This document shows, one piece after another, positions 22,976 through 33,632 of a stretch of 64,000 bases of DNA (the stretch's first letter is position 1; each line of letters begins with the position of its first letter). The position numbers and the translations under genes were made by a program. The stretch is taken from positions 736,001 through 800,000 of the forward strand of contig CBDHDG010000007.1 of assembly GCA_965261595.1 (NCBI GenBank), given 5' to 3'. Below the pieces are notes generated by a model. That model was not told the origin of the DNA. It saw only the letters and a list, made by a program, of their open reading frames with translations, and made no database searches. Origin of the DNA: a bacterium (GTDB taxonomy: Bacteria > UBA8248 > JACPRG01 > G963555815).

Positions 22976-23800
22976 ATGAAGAAGCTCGCCGCTCTTTCAT
23001 CTCTCTGCCTCCTGGCCGCGCTCCTTCCCGCGGCCATTCCGGTTTTGGGGTTTCAAAAAATCCGGGGCGGATACCGGGAGGTCGCCGTTCAAAACGGAGG
23101 CGTCATCTCCGGCGTGGTGAGGTGGTCGGGCCCCCGGCCCGCACTTCCGCCCTTTCCGGTCAACCGTGATGAGGGCGTTTGCGATCGGGATGGGTCCGGG
23201 AAAAAGATTTCCCCGCGGCTCGTGATCGGCCCGGGAGGCGGCGTGGCCAACACGGTCGTTTATCTCTCGAAGATCGCCCAAGGGAAGCCGATGGGGCCGC
23301 GCGGCCTCCGGGACGCCGGAAGGTGGGTCATCCGGGGATGTGAATATCGCCCGCACGTCCTCATCGCGCCCGTGGGCGGCTACCTCTGGATGCTCAACGA
23401 AGACCCCGTGCTTCATAACATCCGGATGTTCGGCGCGGCCGCGTACAACCTGCCCATGCCCGAGAAGGGCACGCTGTTCGTCAAGCGGCTTCCCCGGTCG
23501 GGATTGATTACGGTGCGAAGCGACGCCGGCCACGGCTGGATGAGCGGGGTGATCCATGTGACGGAACACCCCTACTTCGCCGTCACCGACGCCGAGGGCA
23601 GGTTCTCCCTCACGGAAGTTCCCCCGGGGACGTACACCGTCATGGCCTGGCACGAGGGCTGGAAGGTCAAGCGCGTCATACGGAGGGGCGGAAAACCGGC
23701 CTTCTACGAATTTGAAAAGCCCGTTTTTCTCTCAACCGATGTGACGCTTCCGGCCGGGGGCGGACAGAAGATCGAATTCAGGTTTTCAGAAAAGCGCTGA
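22976..23800 (+). CDS. Secreted cupredoxin-like / carboxypeptidase-regulatory-like domain protein
   Basis: Signal peptide, GCEYRPHV, NEDPVLHNI, HGWM..HPYFAVTD..G.F.L..VPPGTY..AWHE. Confidence 0.75.
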   Translation: MKKLAALSSLCLLAALLPAAIPVLGFQKIRGGYREVAVQNGGVISGVVRWSGPRPALPPFPVNRDEGVCDRDGSGKKISPRLVIGPGGGVANTVVYLSKIAQGKPMGPRGLRDAGRWVIRGCEYRPHVLIAPVGGYLWMLNEDPVLHNIRMFGAAAYNLPMPEKGTLFVKRLPRSGLITVRSDAGHGWMSGVIHVTEHPYFAVTDAEGRFSLTEVPPGTYTVMAWHEGWKVKRVIRRGGKPAFYEFEKPVFLSTDVTLPAGGGQKIEFRFSEKR

Positions 23801-23865
23801 ACCGCGTCCGAGCCGTGAGGGGGGGGGGGAAGCGCGTCTCATCTCTCCGGCTCCCCCCCCCCTTC

Positions 23866-24798
23866 TCACCCTCCGGGGCCGACCGCCTTGCGGTGATACG
23901 TCAGGTCGATGTACTTCTCCGCCGAGGGAACGAGCGTCGCCAGATGGCCCATTTCGGCCCTGAGGTCCAGCGCCGCGCCGATGCCCGCAACGTTGAGATC
24001 GGCCCGGGGATAGAGGCCCTCCTCCGGGTCCAGAAGCACCGCCAGCGTCCGCTCCGCGGCCCGCCCCTCGATTCCGCTCTTCTCCGCCAAAAGCTCCAGG
24101 CAGGTGCCCCGGTTGGCCGGATCGAAGCACCACGCCGTGGCCTCGACGTAGGCTCGAATGTACCGGACGAGGGTGTCCACGCTCTCCTTCGCCCAGGTCC
24201 GCCGGGCCGCGCCGCATGTCGCCTGGTAGACGGGCATGATCTCCGACCCCCGGGCCACGACGTGGCAGCCCGCTTCCACGGCTTCGCCCACGAAGGGTTC
24301 GGTCAACAGCGTGCCCGCATGGGTTCCGTCCAGAAGCGACCGGTATCGGCTCTCCCACCCCCCGACCTCGACGAGGTCATACTCGTCCGGGCTGATCCCG
24401 TTCATGCGGAGCATCTTTTCCAGGATGAAGACGAACCCGGTGACCTTCGAGTCCACGGCCAGGGATTTCCCCCGGAAGGACTCGATGTCGGCCGACCCGG
24501 GCGCGCCCACCAAATCCAGAAGACCGCTGTGCAGGCCCATGAAGAGGAAGATGTCCGATCCGCCGGTCAGGCCGAGGGTCCGCCCCTCGACTTCGGCGAT
24601 CACGTCATCGGCCGAGGTGTGGCCGATCTCGAAATCCCCGGCTTCGAGACCGTCGGCCAGAAAGGTGGAGTTCGGGGTGTAGGTGACGTCCACCTCGAGG
24701 CCGTGGCGGGCGAAGCCCCCATGGGAGGCGGCGACGTGGACGGGAAGGTTGTATCCGGCGCCGAACTGGATCAGGCGCAACCGGTTCAAAGGGCTCAT
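23866..24798 (-). CDS. ABC transporter substrate-binding protein (NMT1/THI5-like)
   Basis: FARHGLEVDV, RGKSLAVDSKVTGF, EVGGWESRY..LL.G, TLLTEPF. Confidence 0.8.
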   Translation of the reverse strand: MSPLNRLRLIQFGAGYNLPVHVAASHGGFARHGLEVDVTYTPNSTFLADGLEAGDFEIGHTSADDVIAEVEGRTLGLTGGSDIFLFMGLHSGLLDLVGAPGSADIESFRGKSLAVDSKVTGFVFILEKMLRMNGISPDEYDLVEVGGWESRYRSLLDGTHAGTLLTEPFVGEAVEAGCHVVARGSEIMPVYQATCGAARRTWAKESVDTLVRYIRAYVEATAWCFDPANRGTCLELLAEKSGIEGRAAERTLAVLLDPEEGLYPRADLNVAGIGAALDLRAEMGHLATLVPSAEKYIDLTYHRKAVGPGG

Positions 24799-26510
24799 TC
24801 CTTGGGGAGCGGCTTTCCCGCTTTCAGCGCCTTGCCCTTCTTGCCCAGCGCTAGCGATTCCTCCTCCAGGGCCGAGTCGTCCCGCTGCGTGCCGAGCTTG
24901 TAGAGGATGCCGGACGCCTCCTCATAGGCCTCGTACCGGTTCGGGTTCAGGGCGATCGACTGCTTGTACTTCGCGACGGCTTCCTCGGACTGTTTGTTGC
25001 TAGCCAGCGCGCGCGCGCATTCGAAAAAGATGTCCGGGTTGTTGGGCTGGAGCTTCGCCGCCCGCCCGAAGCGCGGCATGGCCTCATCGAAGCGGTTCAG
25101 CTTGACCAGGGCCTTGGCGAGCTCCAACTGGTAATCGAACCGCTGCCCGTCGAGATCGCCCGCCTTCTTGAAGCTCACCGCCGCGGCCCCCCAGTTGCTC
25201 AGCTTGGCCTGGGCCCGTCCCAGGTCGAAGTGGGCCTGGCTGAGGTTGGGGTTGATCTGCGCGGCCCGGGCAAAAAGCTGCACGGCCCCGGCATAGTTCC
25301 CGTCACGGAATGCGGCGAGTCCTTTTCGGTATTCGCCCATGCCGCTCAAGGGTTTCAGGACAAGCTCCCGCTTTTTCCCCTTCTCGAGCGGGAAGTTCTC
25401 GTTCAGCGTCTCGTATCCTTCCTTCTCCACCCGGACGCCGACAAACTTGCCTTCCAGGAGGGCGGGCACTCGGTCGAACAAAACGCCGCCGTCGCTCTTG
25501 GACCGCTTTCGGGGCGTCCGTTTGTCGGTGTTCAGGGTGACGATCGCTCCCTCGATCTCCTTGCCCTTGGGATCGACGATCCTCGCCCGGATCACCATGA
25601 ACGCCCGCTGGAGGCGGATCTCGAACGGCTCCATGGTGGCGGTCAGTCTTTCTGTCCGGACGAATTCCCGGTAACCCCGCATCTTGATCCGGAGCTTGAC
25701 TTCCTTATTGATGTTGGACTTCAGGGGTTTGAGGAGGAACCGGCCTTCGGATTGGCTCCTCTCGCTCACCACCGGGGTGGTTTCGAGCAGCACCTGCGCC
25801 CCCTTCAGCCACTTGTCGGATTCCGAATCGCGAATCCGCCCTTTCAAGGGAAACCAGTCCCGCTTCGGCTCCAACCCGATTCGGAGCGCGCCGGTGGACT
25901 CGGCCAGGGCGACCTGAGACTTGGTGTACGGCTCGTACTCGCCTTCCTTGGTCACCCGAAGGGTGGGCGCCTTGCCCTCGTCCATGCCCCGGATCGTAAA
26001 GCGGAATGTCCCGTTGGCGTCCGTCGTCGTGTACCGCAGGGGGGCGAGGTTCAACTCGACGGTCGCCCCTTGGATTCGCTTGCTGGTGTTCCCTTTCTCG
26101 AACACGTCTCCGCTCAGGACGAACTTCTTCGCCGCCTGGGCGGGATCGAATGTGCCCGACGCGACGCCCGCGGCCCCGGCCACCATCTGGGCGTACTGTT
26201 CTTTGGTGATGAGCTGGTTGGCATAGGCCTCGCAGATCCGCCAGACGATGATGTCGAAATCGGCCGCCTTCGGAGAGACCTGCCGTATCCGCTGCCACTT
26301 GGTCTCCGCCGAGACGCTGCCCTTGACGATGCTGAGGACGCTTTTGAACGAGCCGCTCACGGCGAAGACGCGCTTGGCCTCCTCGCCGGGAGGGTTGCAT
26401 TTAATCTCTTGACCTTTGACTTGCCTTTTGATGGCTTCCTGCTGGGCGGCGCAGCTCGTCAAAAAAAACAATCCCGCCCATGCGAGGATCAGCGCTTTCC
26501 TTGCGGGCAT
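24795..26510 (-). CDS. Lipoprotein with repeated carboxypeptidase-regulatory-like domains and C-terminal TPRs
   Basis: Lipobox LTSC; three I/L.GA.V.L...G.F repeats; TPR repeats (INPNLSQAHFDLG, LQPNNPD, LNPNRYEAY). Confidence 0.75.
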   Translation of the reverse strand: MPARKALILAWAGLFFLTSCAAQQEAIKRQVKGQEIKCNPPGEEAKRVFAVSGSFKSVLSIVKGSVSAETKWQRIRQVSPKAADFDIIVWRICEAYANQLITKEQYAQMVAGAAGVASGTFDPAQAAKKFVLSGDVFEKGNTSKRIQGATVELNLAPLRYTTTDANGTFRFTIRGMDEGKAPTLRVTKEGEYEPYTKSQVALAESTGALRIGLEPKRDWFPLKGRIRDSESDKWLKGAQVLLETTPVVSERSQSEGRFLLKPLKSNINKEVKLRIKMRGYREFVRTERLTATMEPFEIRLQRAFMVIRARIVDPKGKEIEGAIVTLNTDKRTPRKRSKSDGGVLFDRVPALLEGKFVGVRVEKEGYETLNENFPLEKGKKRELVLKPLSGMGEYRKGLAAFRDGNYAGAVQLFARAAQINPNLSQAHFDLGRAQAKLSNWGAAAVSFKKAGDLDGQRFDYQLELAKALVKLNRFDEAMPRFGRAAKLQPNNPDIFFECARALASNKQSEEAVAKYKQSIALNPNRYEAYEEASGILYKLGTQRDDSALEEESLALGKKGKALKAGKPLPKE

Positions 26511-26767
26511 TTTGCACATGGCCGGCGTCCTTTCCGAATTCGGCATGTCCTCGGAATCCGTGCGAGGAGATGAACGCGAATTATACGTCCCGATGGAAAA
26601 CCTCCGCAAGACCCAATCCGGCCGGGACCCGTGGGGATCGAGGCTCCGCCCGCTCCAATTTTCCTTGCGGGCGCCCGCCGGGATTGCTATACATTGACTG
26701 CCGATAAGATGTTGAATGATCTCACTGGATCGATCCGACCTTTACCGCGCGCTCTCTTTTTCAAGCC

Positions 26768-27481
26768 ATGGAATCTATCGGACAAAACCTGGAGCGTGTT
26801 CGGCAACGCATGGCCGATGCCGCGCTGCGGGCCGGCCGGGACCCTTTGTCCCTCAGGCTTGTCGCCGTGACCAAAACCGTGCCCCCCGAGAGGATGCTGG
26901 AGGCGATTTCGTCCGGCGCGGACCTCCTGGGTGAGAACCGCGTCCAGGAGGCGATGGAAAAGGCCCCGGCTGTCCGGCAGGCCCTCGAATCTTCCAATGC
27001 CGGCGCCGCGGCGCCCCGTTGGCATTTGATTGGACACCTTCAACGCAATAAAGTTCGCCATGTGTTCGGCCTGTTCGAGGCCGTCCATTCGGTGGACAGT
27101 CTCCGGCTCATCGAAGCGCTCGAAACCCGCGCCGCCTCCCGGGACGAGCATATGAGGGTTTTCGTAGAAGTGAACGCCGCGGGCGAGGAGGGGAAGAACG
27201 GCTGCCGGCCCGAAGAAGCCGAGGGCCTGGCCGCCGCCGTGGAGCGCAGTCCTCATCTCACCCTGGAGGGGCTCATGACGATGCCTCCTTTCACCCGGGA
27301 CCCGGAGGACAGCCGTCCGTGGTTCCGGAAGCTCAGAGAGCTGCGGGACAGGCTTGCGGACGCCGGACGCGGCGGGCTTCGGGAATTATCCATGGGCATG
27401 ACGGCCGATTTCGAGGTTGCCATTGAAGAGGGCGCCACGGTGGTCCGCGTGGGGTCCGCGATTTTCGGACCGAGAACTTGA
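26768..27481 (+). CDS. yggS: PLP homeostasis protein YggS
   Basis: LVAVTKT, GENRVQE, WHLIGHLQRNK, LSMGMTADF..AIEEGAT.VRVGSAIFG. Confidence 0.96.
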   Translation: MESIGQNLERVRQRMADAALRAGRDPLSLRLVAVTKTVPPERMLEAISSGADLLGENRVQEAMEKAPAVRQALESSNAGAAAPRWHLIGHLQRNKVRHVFGLFEAVHSVDSLRLIEALETRAASRDEHMRVFVEVNAAGEEGKNGCRPEEAEGLAAAVERSPHLTLEGLMTMPPFTRDPEDSRPWFRKLRELRDRLADAGRGGLRELSMGMTADFEVAIEEGATVVRVGSAIFGPRT

Positions 27482-27513
27482 ATCGTCGAAAGGCGGAGGG
27501 GGGGAAAGCCTCC

Positions 27514-28374
27514 ATGGCCAAAACGCAAAGAACCCGGAAAACCGGCCGCTCCGGCGCGCTGAAGACGGCCGGCATCGCGTTCATCGGGGGGGGGAACATG
27601 GCGGAGGCCCTGATCCGGGGTCTCCTGGAAGCCGGCATCGCCAAGGCGGGGTCCATCTGCGTCTCGGACGTGGCGGCCGGGCGGCTGACGCACCTCCGGG
27701 ATCGATACCGCGTCCGGACAACATCCGATAACGCCGAAGCCGCCGCGCGGGCGGACATCGTTTTCCTCGCGGTCAAGCCCCAGAACATGGAAGAGGCCCT
27801 GGAAGCCGTCGCGCCCGGCCTGAAAGATTCCTGCCTGGTGGTGAGCATCATGGCGGGCGTCCCGACGGGAAAGATCGAGGAACGGCTCGGCGGAAAGGGG
27901 CGCGTCGTCCGCGTGATGCCGAACGCGGCCGCACTGGTGGGGCGGGGGGCGGCCGGCGTCGCCGGGGGGAAGCGCGCGCGCGGACGGGATGTCGAGACGG
28001 TGGTCGGGTTGCTGGCTTCGGTCGGACGGGCCATCGTGGTGAACGAGGCCCAGATGGACGCCGTGACCGGGCTTTCCGGGAGCGGCCCGGCCTACGCGGC
28101 GGTGGTCATCGAGGCCCTGGCCGACGGGGGCGTCCTCATGGGGCTTCCCCGCGAGACCGCCTTGATGCTCGCGGCGCAGACCGTCGCCGGGACGGCGGCC
28201 ATGATCCTGGAAGCCGGCGAGCGCCCGGGGCGCATCAAAGACCAGGTGGCCTCTCCGGGCGGCACCACCATCGAGGGGCTCGCCGTCCTGGAAGACGGCG
28301 GGCTGAGAAGCGCTCTCATCCGGGCGGTCGAGGCAGCGACGTTGCGGTCCAGAGAGCTGGGAAGAAAGGGGTAG
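27514..28374 (+). CDS. proC: Pyrroline-5-carboxylate reductase
   Basis: FIGGGNMA, LAVKPQ, RVMPN, LSGSGPAY, VASPGGTT. Confidence 0.96.
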   Translation: MAKTQRTRKTGRSGALKTAGIAFIGGGNMAEALIRGLLEAGIAKAGSICVSDVAAGRLTHLRDRYRVRTTSDNAEAAARADIVFLAVKPQNMEEALEAVAPGLKDSCLVVSIMAGVPTGKIEERLGGKGRVVRVMPNAAALVGRGAAGVAGGKRARGRDVETVVGLLASVGRAIVVNEAQMDAVTGLSGSGPAYAAVVIEALADGGVLMGLPRETALMLAAQTVAGTAAMILEAGERPGRIKDQVASPGGTTIEGLAVLEDGGLRSALIRAVEAATLRSRELGRKG

Positions 28375-28383
28375 GGGAAAGGT

Positions 28384-28704
28384 ATGTTTGTCCTGGGCAA
28401 TCTTCTGGGGGCCGTCGCCTTCATCCTTGATTGGATTCTCAACATCTTTCTCTGGATGGTCATCATCCGGGTCATCCTCTCGTGGGTCGGGGACCTCCCG
28501 TCGAATGACCAAGTCCGAATCCTCATGCAGACCGTCGCCGAAATCCTGGACCGCTTTACGGAACCGGTCCTGGCCCCCATCCGTTACAAGATGCCGCCCG
28601 GTCTGGGCCTGGACATCTCCCCCATTGTGGTGATGTTGGCCGTTTATTTCCTGCAAATATTTGTGGTGAGATCATTGCAACAAATGGCGGCGAGCCTACA
28701 ATAG
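28384..28704 (+). CDS. yggT: YggT-family membrane protein
   Basis: IIRVILSWV, TEPVLAPIR, LDISPIV. Confidence 0.9.
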   Translation: MFVLGNLLGAVAFILDWILNIFLWMVIIRVILSWVGDLPSNDQVRILMQTVAEILDRFTEPVLAPIRYKMPPGLGLDISPIVVMLAVYFLQIFVVRSLQQMAASLQ

Positions 28705-28770
28705 GAGATGGAGTGGACGGCGTCCGCCGAGCGGCGGTCCGGCCGGATTCCGAGGCAAGGAGGCAGATGG

Positions 28771-29421
28771 ATGAAAATCGCCCCCATCGACATACGCCAG
28801 CAGCGATTTTCAGTCAAATTCCGGGGCTTCGATCCCCGGGAAGTGGACACCTTCCTGGAAATGGTGGCCGATGAGCTGGAAGACATGGTGCGGGAAAACG
28901 ACCGGTTAAAAGAACGGCAAAAGAAGCTGGAGATGCAAGTCGAAGAGCTGGGCGTGAACGAGGCCGGCGTCAGAAAAACCCTCCTCGCCGCCCAAACGCT
29001 CAGAGAAGACATTTCGGTCAACGCCAAGAAGGAAGCGGAGTTGATCATCCGCGACGCGCGCTCCAAGGGCAGTGAGATCATCGGGTCCATGAAGGAAGCC
29101 GCCTCCGGGGCCCGGGAGGATCTGGCCGCCCTGGCGCGCAGGAAGAAACAACTGATGCTGAACATGCGCTCGATGATGGAGACGCATCTGCGCATGCTGG
29201 AGGCGGAAGAGAGGAACGATGTTTCGGTCAACGAAGCACACCCCTCAATCGGGGCCGGCCCCGGCGCCTCCGAAAATCCACCCCCGGGGAAGCCCCGAAA
29301 GGTGGAGGGTCGTGAGGCGGGTTCTTCCTCGCCGCTGAAAGCCGAACAGGCGCTGGGGCCGTCGGGTCCCGAGGCTTCCCTCTCCATGTTCCTCCAGAGC
29401 GACCACCGAGCGGACGACTGA
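28771..29421 (+). CDS. divIVA: DivIVA-domain protein
   Basis: PIDIRQQRFSVKFRGFDPREVDTFL followed by coiled coil. Confidence 0.9.
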   Translation: MKIAPIDIRQQRFSVKFRGFDPREVDTFLEMVADELEDMVRENDRLKERQKKLEMQVEELGVNEAGVRKTLLAAQTLREDISVNAKKEAELIIRDARSKGSEIIGSMKEAASGAREDLAALARRKKQLMLNMRSMMETHLRMLEAEERNDVSVNEAHPSIGAGPGASENPPPGKPRKVEGREAGSSSPLKAEQALGPSGPEASLSMFLQSDHRADD

Positions 29422-29422
29422 G

Positions 29423-29734
29423 ATGTCCCGCGCGGACGTCTCGCCGTCGTTCCTCCAGGAGACGCCGGACGGCGCCATCCTCCTCAGGGTCCGGGTCCAT
29501 CCCAGGGCCTCGAAGGTGTGCGTGGGGCCGGCCGGGGAGGGTGTTCTTCCCGTCCGTCTGACCGCGCCGCCGGTCGACAACGCCGCCAACCGACAGTGCA
29601 TCCGGGCCCTCGCCGACGCCCTGGGGGTTCGGCCCCGACAGCTCGCCATTGTCTCCGGCTACAAAAGCCGTGAGAAGCGGGTCCGGGTGGAAGGCGTCGA
29701 CGCGCGCCGGATTCGAGAAGCGCTGAAGATTTGA
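29423..29734 (+). CDS. yggU: DUF167 (YggU) protein
   Basis: VRVHPRAS, LTAPPVDNAAN, IVSGYKSREK. Confidence 0.88.
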   Translation: MSRADVSPSFLQETPDGAILLRVRVHPRASKVCVGPAGEGVLPVRLTAPPVDNAANRQCIRALADALGVRPRQLAIVSGYKSREKRVRVEGVDARRIREALKI

Positions 29735-29871
29735 TTTTTTTGATTTGAATCCTTGAGCCCGCGATTTTCGCCAGGAAGGACGGTTCAGGGGTGTCCATTC
29801 GAGAAATTCTTTGAAGATCAACTGATTGTCCGAAAGATGGAAACCGAGGCGAGTGGAATACCCTGTCCTTG

Positions 29872-29953
29872 AGGGGCGGGTACAGAGCCCCGCCCCTACA
29901 TTTCAGAGCCCCTACCATCGAATCCGGTGTAGGGGCGGGGCTCTGCACCCGCC
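29872..29953. repeat. GTAG-type REP doublet
   Basis: GGGGCGGGTACAGAGCCCCGCCCCTACA and an inverted copy TGTAGGGGCGGGGCTCTGCACCCGCC. Confidence 0.75.
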
Positions 29954-30042
29954 ATCGATCCGCTGGCCAACAATCCAATGACCGATTCCTACACGGGCCT
30001 GTAATGGAATCGTTGTGAGAAATCCAGGGTGGAGGCTACGGA

Positions 30043-31083
30043 ATGGTCCAAACCATCGCGTTTGAAGACGGGGCGCTCGTTCTCATCGACCAGCGCAAGC
30101 TGCCGTTGGAGGAAACTTACGTCCGCTGCACGAGCCACTTGGAGACGGCCGAGGCCATCCGAAGCATGGTCGTCCGCGGCGCGCCGGCCATCGGTGTGAC
30201 CGCCGCGTTCGGCATGGCCCTGGCCGCACGGGAAATACAAGGATCGGACGCCCCCGGGTTTTTCCAACACCTGGAATCCGCCGGGAAGACCCTCGGGGAA
30301 ACCCGCCCCACGGCGGTCAACCTGTTCTGGGCCATCAAGCGCTGTCTGGACTCCGCCCGCGCGGCGTCGGCCGAAGGCCGGACGCCCTTACAGATCGCCG
30401 AAGGTCTGCTTCAACTGGCCCATCGAATGCATGCTGAAGACATCGCCATGAACCGCCGGATGGGCGATCACGGCGCGGCGCTTCTCCCAGAGAGCGCACG
30501 GGTCCTGACCCACTGCAACGCGGGCGCGTTGGCCACGGCCGGATACGGAACGGCGGCAGGCGTCATCCGCTCGGCCCACGCCCGAAACAAAATTGCGGAA
30601 GTCCTCGTGGACGAGACCCGGCCCTTCCTGCAGGGGGCGAGGCTGACGGCCTGGGAGCTTCACCGGGAAGGCATCCCCGTGACGCTGATCTCGGATAACA
30701 TGGCCGGCCATTGCATGAACCGGGGCAAGGTGGACTGCGTGGTGGTGGGCGCCGACCGCATCGCCCGCAACGGCGACGTGGCCAACAAGATCGGCACGTA
30801 CTCCCTGGCCGTTCTGGCCCGGGAGAACGGCGTCACCTTTTATGTGGCCGCGCCGACCTCGACCATCGACTTCTCGCTGGATTCCGGCGAGGGCATCCCC
30901 ATCGAGGAGCGCAGCCCCGATGAGGTCACGCACTTCGCGGGCCGGCGTGTCGCGCCCGAAGGCATCGGCGTCTTCAACCCGGCCTTCGATGTCACCCCCG
31001 CCCGGCTGGTGGACGCAATCATCACGGAACAAGGCATCGTCCGCCCCGCCAAAGGCGAGACACCGGAAATCTGGATGTCATAG
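30043..31083 (+). CDS. mtnA: S-methyl-5-thioribose-1-phosphate isomerase
   Basis: [53 protein letters not shown]. Confidence 0.96.
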   Translation: MVQTIAFEDGALVLIDQRKLPLEETYVRCTSHLETAEAIRSMVVRGAPAIGVTAAFGMALAAREIQGSDAPGFFQHLESAGKTLGETRPTAVNLFWAIKRCLDSARAASAEGRTPLQIAEGLLQLAHRMHAEDIAMNRRMGDHGAALLPESARVLTHCNAGALATAGYGTAAGVIRSAHARNKIAEVLVDETRPFLQGARLTAWELHREGIPVTLISDNMAGHCMNRGKVDCVVVGADRIARNGDVANKIGTYSLAVLARENGVTFYVAAPTSTIDFSLDSGEGIPIEERSPDEVTHFAGRRVAPEGIGVFNPAFDVTPARLVDAIITEQGIVRPAKGETPEIWMS

Positions 31084-31100
31084 AGTCAAGGGCTAAGACC

Positions 31101-31343
31101 TTGGGGGACATTTTGAAAACTGTCCCCCAATACCCCCTCGAAAACTTTCATGAGGCGCAAGAGGGCCGCCCTTACTGGGCGGCCCTCTTGCGCAAAGAGC
31201 TTGAAATGGCTTCTGGGTCCGCGCCGGAAAATCGAGGTATAAGCATTGAACCCCCATGCACGGGTAAGGCCAAGCCGTAGGCTTGGCCACAGAAAGTTTT
31301 GCTGGGGGGTGGTGGGGGGGGCGCTTTACAAAAAGCGCCCCCC
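31101..31343. repeat. ~245-bp multi-hairpin repeated element, copy 1
   Basis: Homologous in inverted orientation to 48531-48781. Confidence 0.85.
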
Positions 31344-31353
31344 GCGAATTTGC

Positions 31354-32712
31354 CTAATCCGGGATTTTGTTCAAGCAGTTTCCAATCCCCGGGTCTGTGA
31401 CCAGCTCGCCTTCCTCTACAACCACCTCGCCGCCCTTCACCACCGTCACCGGCCAGCCCTTCAGCGTCCGTCCTTCCAGAGGCGTGAATTCCGCGCGCGA
31501 GCCGCCGTCGGCCCCGTGGACCACCTTCTCCAAATCCTGGTCGATGACGACCAGGTCGCCGTCCGCGCCGATCTCGAAGGAACCCTTGCGGGGGTAGAGG
31601 CCGAAGATTTCCGCCGGGCGGCGGCTCATCCGGTCGGCCAGGAGGGGGAGCGGCAGGCCGTGCTCGTGGATTCCCATATGCAGGATCTGGGGCGTGTGCC
31701 AGGGAAGGCACGGCATCCCCCCCCGATTCTCCCGGAACGTCCCGGTGAAGTTGTTCTCCTCGGCGTTGGCCGTCACGTTGTCCGTCCCGAGGGTCTCGAT
31801 GGCGCCGTCGGCGACGCCCGTCCAGAGGGCGGCCCGGGCGGCGGGGGTCCGGACGGGTGGTTGGCGTCTGAGCATCATCCCCGCCGGATCGGTGGTCTCG
31901 AAGAACAGGTACGTCGAAGTCGATTCGCAAAAGAGAGGCGCGCCCGCTGCCTTGGCCTCCCGGACGGCTTCCAGGCCCGGGGCGGAGGAGAGATGGACGA
32001 TGTAAACGCGGGCTCCCGTCTTTTGGGCGGCGGCGGCAAGGAACCGGACGGCCTTCCCCTCCGCGCCGTCGGGGGAGGCGCTCATCCAATCGGCGAGGTC
32101 CGTGGAGTTTTCCGCCGCCTTCAGCCGCTTCATTCCTTCCACGCACATCTCGTGATCTTCCGCGTGGACACAGGCCAATCCGGGCCGGGGCAATCCGGCG
32201 ATCACCTCGAATCCCTTTATGAGATTGTCGGGGTCCATGACGGGGATTTCCGGGATGCCGTGCAGGTAGAACTTGAACGCCGGATTCCCGTACCGTTCGG
32301 CCAGCATGGGGATGTCCGGGATCTGCGCGGGCTCCAGGATCACCAGGTGAAAGAGGATGTCGGTGAAGATCCGGCTTTCCGCCCGTTTCGCGAAATCCTC
32401 GACCTTGCCGACGTATGAGCCCTTCTCCCGAAGAAAGCAGCCGACCGTCGTGATTCCGCCCTTGAGGGCCGCCCGCGTTTCGGTCAGGCATTCCTCGTCG
32501 TATCGGTCGCCGCGGACGCCCAGGTGGATGTGCGGGTCGATGATGCCCGGCAGAAGCGCCCTGCCCGCCACGTCGAGCGTCCGCCGGGCCTCGGGCGTTT
32601 GCCCGTCCAGATGCACCCCCGCAATCTTCCCGTCCTTCACGCCGATGGCGCCGTCCCGCACGTCTTCGCGGGGAAAGACGAGCTTCGCGTTTCGCAGAAG
32701 CAGATCAAGCAA
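31354..32712 (-). CDS. Dihydroorotase/allantoinase-family cyclic amidohydrolase
   Basis: PGIIDPHIH, AFKFY, VHAED, IVHLS, GTD, KGSFEIGADGDL. Confidence 0.88.
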   Translation of the reverse strand: MLDLLLRNAKLVFPREDVRDGAIGVKDGKIAGVHLDGQTPEARRTLDVAGRALLPGIIDPHIHLGVRGDRYDEECLTETRAALKGGITTVGCFLREKGSYVGKVEDFAKRAESRIFTDILFHLVILEPAQIPDIPMLAERYGNPAFKFYLHGIPEIPVMDPDNLIKGFEVIAGLPRPGLACVHAEDHEMCVEGMKRLKAAENSTDLADWMSASPDGAEGKAVRFLAAAAQKTGARVYIVHLSSAPGLEAVREAKAAGAPLFCESTSTYLFFETTDPAGMMLRRQPPVRTPAARAALWTGVADGAIETLGTDNVTANAEENNFTGTFRENRGGMPCLPWHTPQILHMGIHEHGLPLPLLADRMSRRPAEIFGLYPRKGSFEIGADGDLVVIDQDLEKVVHGADGGSRAEFTPLEGRTLKGWPVTVVKGGEVVVEEGELVTDPGIGNCLNKIPD

Positions 32713-32960
32713 GAGCGGACCCTCCCGTGAAAGAATTTTCCGGCGCGGCGATTAATGAAGAGGAGCAATCAGCGCATGAAAGCCTAACCCCCGTTTTCAG
32801 GGTGGAAGCCGTCCACCTTCCGCTTTTCCTGATCAGCGGGGGCTGAAGCCTTCCGGCGAGAAGACCCGGCGCCCATAAGGGGATTGACGTGTTGATCGAG
32901 GTTTTGTCCGTCCGGACCGCCTCACCTGGAGCGGTTCCCCGGTCGGGTTTGGCCCTCCGC

Positions 32961-33632
32961 CTATGACGCGCCCGCCACCGCGGCCTGCTCATCCGCCACC
33001 GTCTCCCAGGACGCCTGGACCTCCTTCGCCGTGGAGACCACGCCGAAGTACTCGTCGATGATCCGCTTCGTCCCTTCTTGAAGGGCCGGGTCGAACGTGC
33101 CGCAGCAGTCATCGACCAGGACGACATAGTAGCCCAGGAAGAAGCCGTGGCGCGAGGCGGACTCGACGCAGCACTCGGTCGTGCAGCCGGTCATGAGCAG
33201 GGTGTGGATGCCGTTGGACTTGAGGACCACGTCGAGATTCGTCCCTTCGAAGGCGTCATAGCGGTGCTTCGTGACGATGACCTCGCTCTCCTTTGGCTTC
33301 AAAATGTAGAATTCCTGTCCCCAGGTGTCCGAGAGGCACGGGGCGCGGTTGTGCGTCCGCCGCTGCGTCCTTTCCTTCTGGTTGTTCCCGATGAATACGT
33401 CATCGTAAGCGCAGCGGATCCAGACGACCTGGACGCCGTGCGCCCGGGCCACGTCGATGAACTTCTCCAGGCGAGGGACCATCTCCTGAATGTCCTCCAG
33501 CGGCTGGTCCCGGCCGCCCTTCCCCATCCAGCCGTCGGTGGCGCAGAAGTCGTTCTGGACGTCCACGACGATGATCGCCGAATGGTCGGGAAACACCTTC
33601 TCGTCGAAGGACGTGAAAAGGGGCGCTTGCAT
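32961..33632 (-). CDS. Isochorismatase-family cysteine hydrolase
   Basis: VVDVQNDFC, KHRYDAF, GCTTECCVES (D-K-C triad). Confidence 0.9.
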   Translation of the reverse strand: MQAPLFTSFDEKVFPDHSAIIVVDVQNDFCATDGWMGKGGRDQPLEDIQEMVPRLEKFIDVARAHGVQVVWIRCAYDDVFIGNNQKERTQRRTHNRAPCLSDTWGQEFYILKPKESEVIVTKHRYDAFEGTNLDVVLKSNGIHTLLMTGCTTECCVESASRHGFFLGYYVVLVDDCCGTFDPALQEGTKRIIDEYFGVVSTAKEVQASWETVADEQAAVAGAS

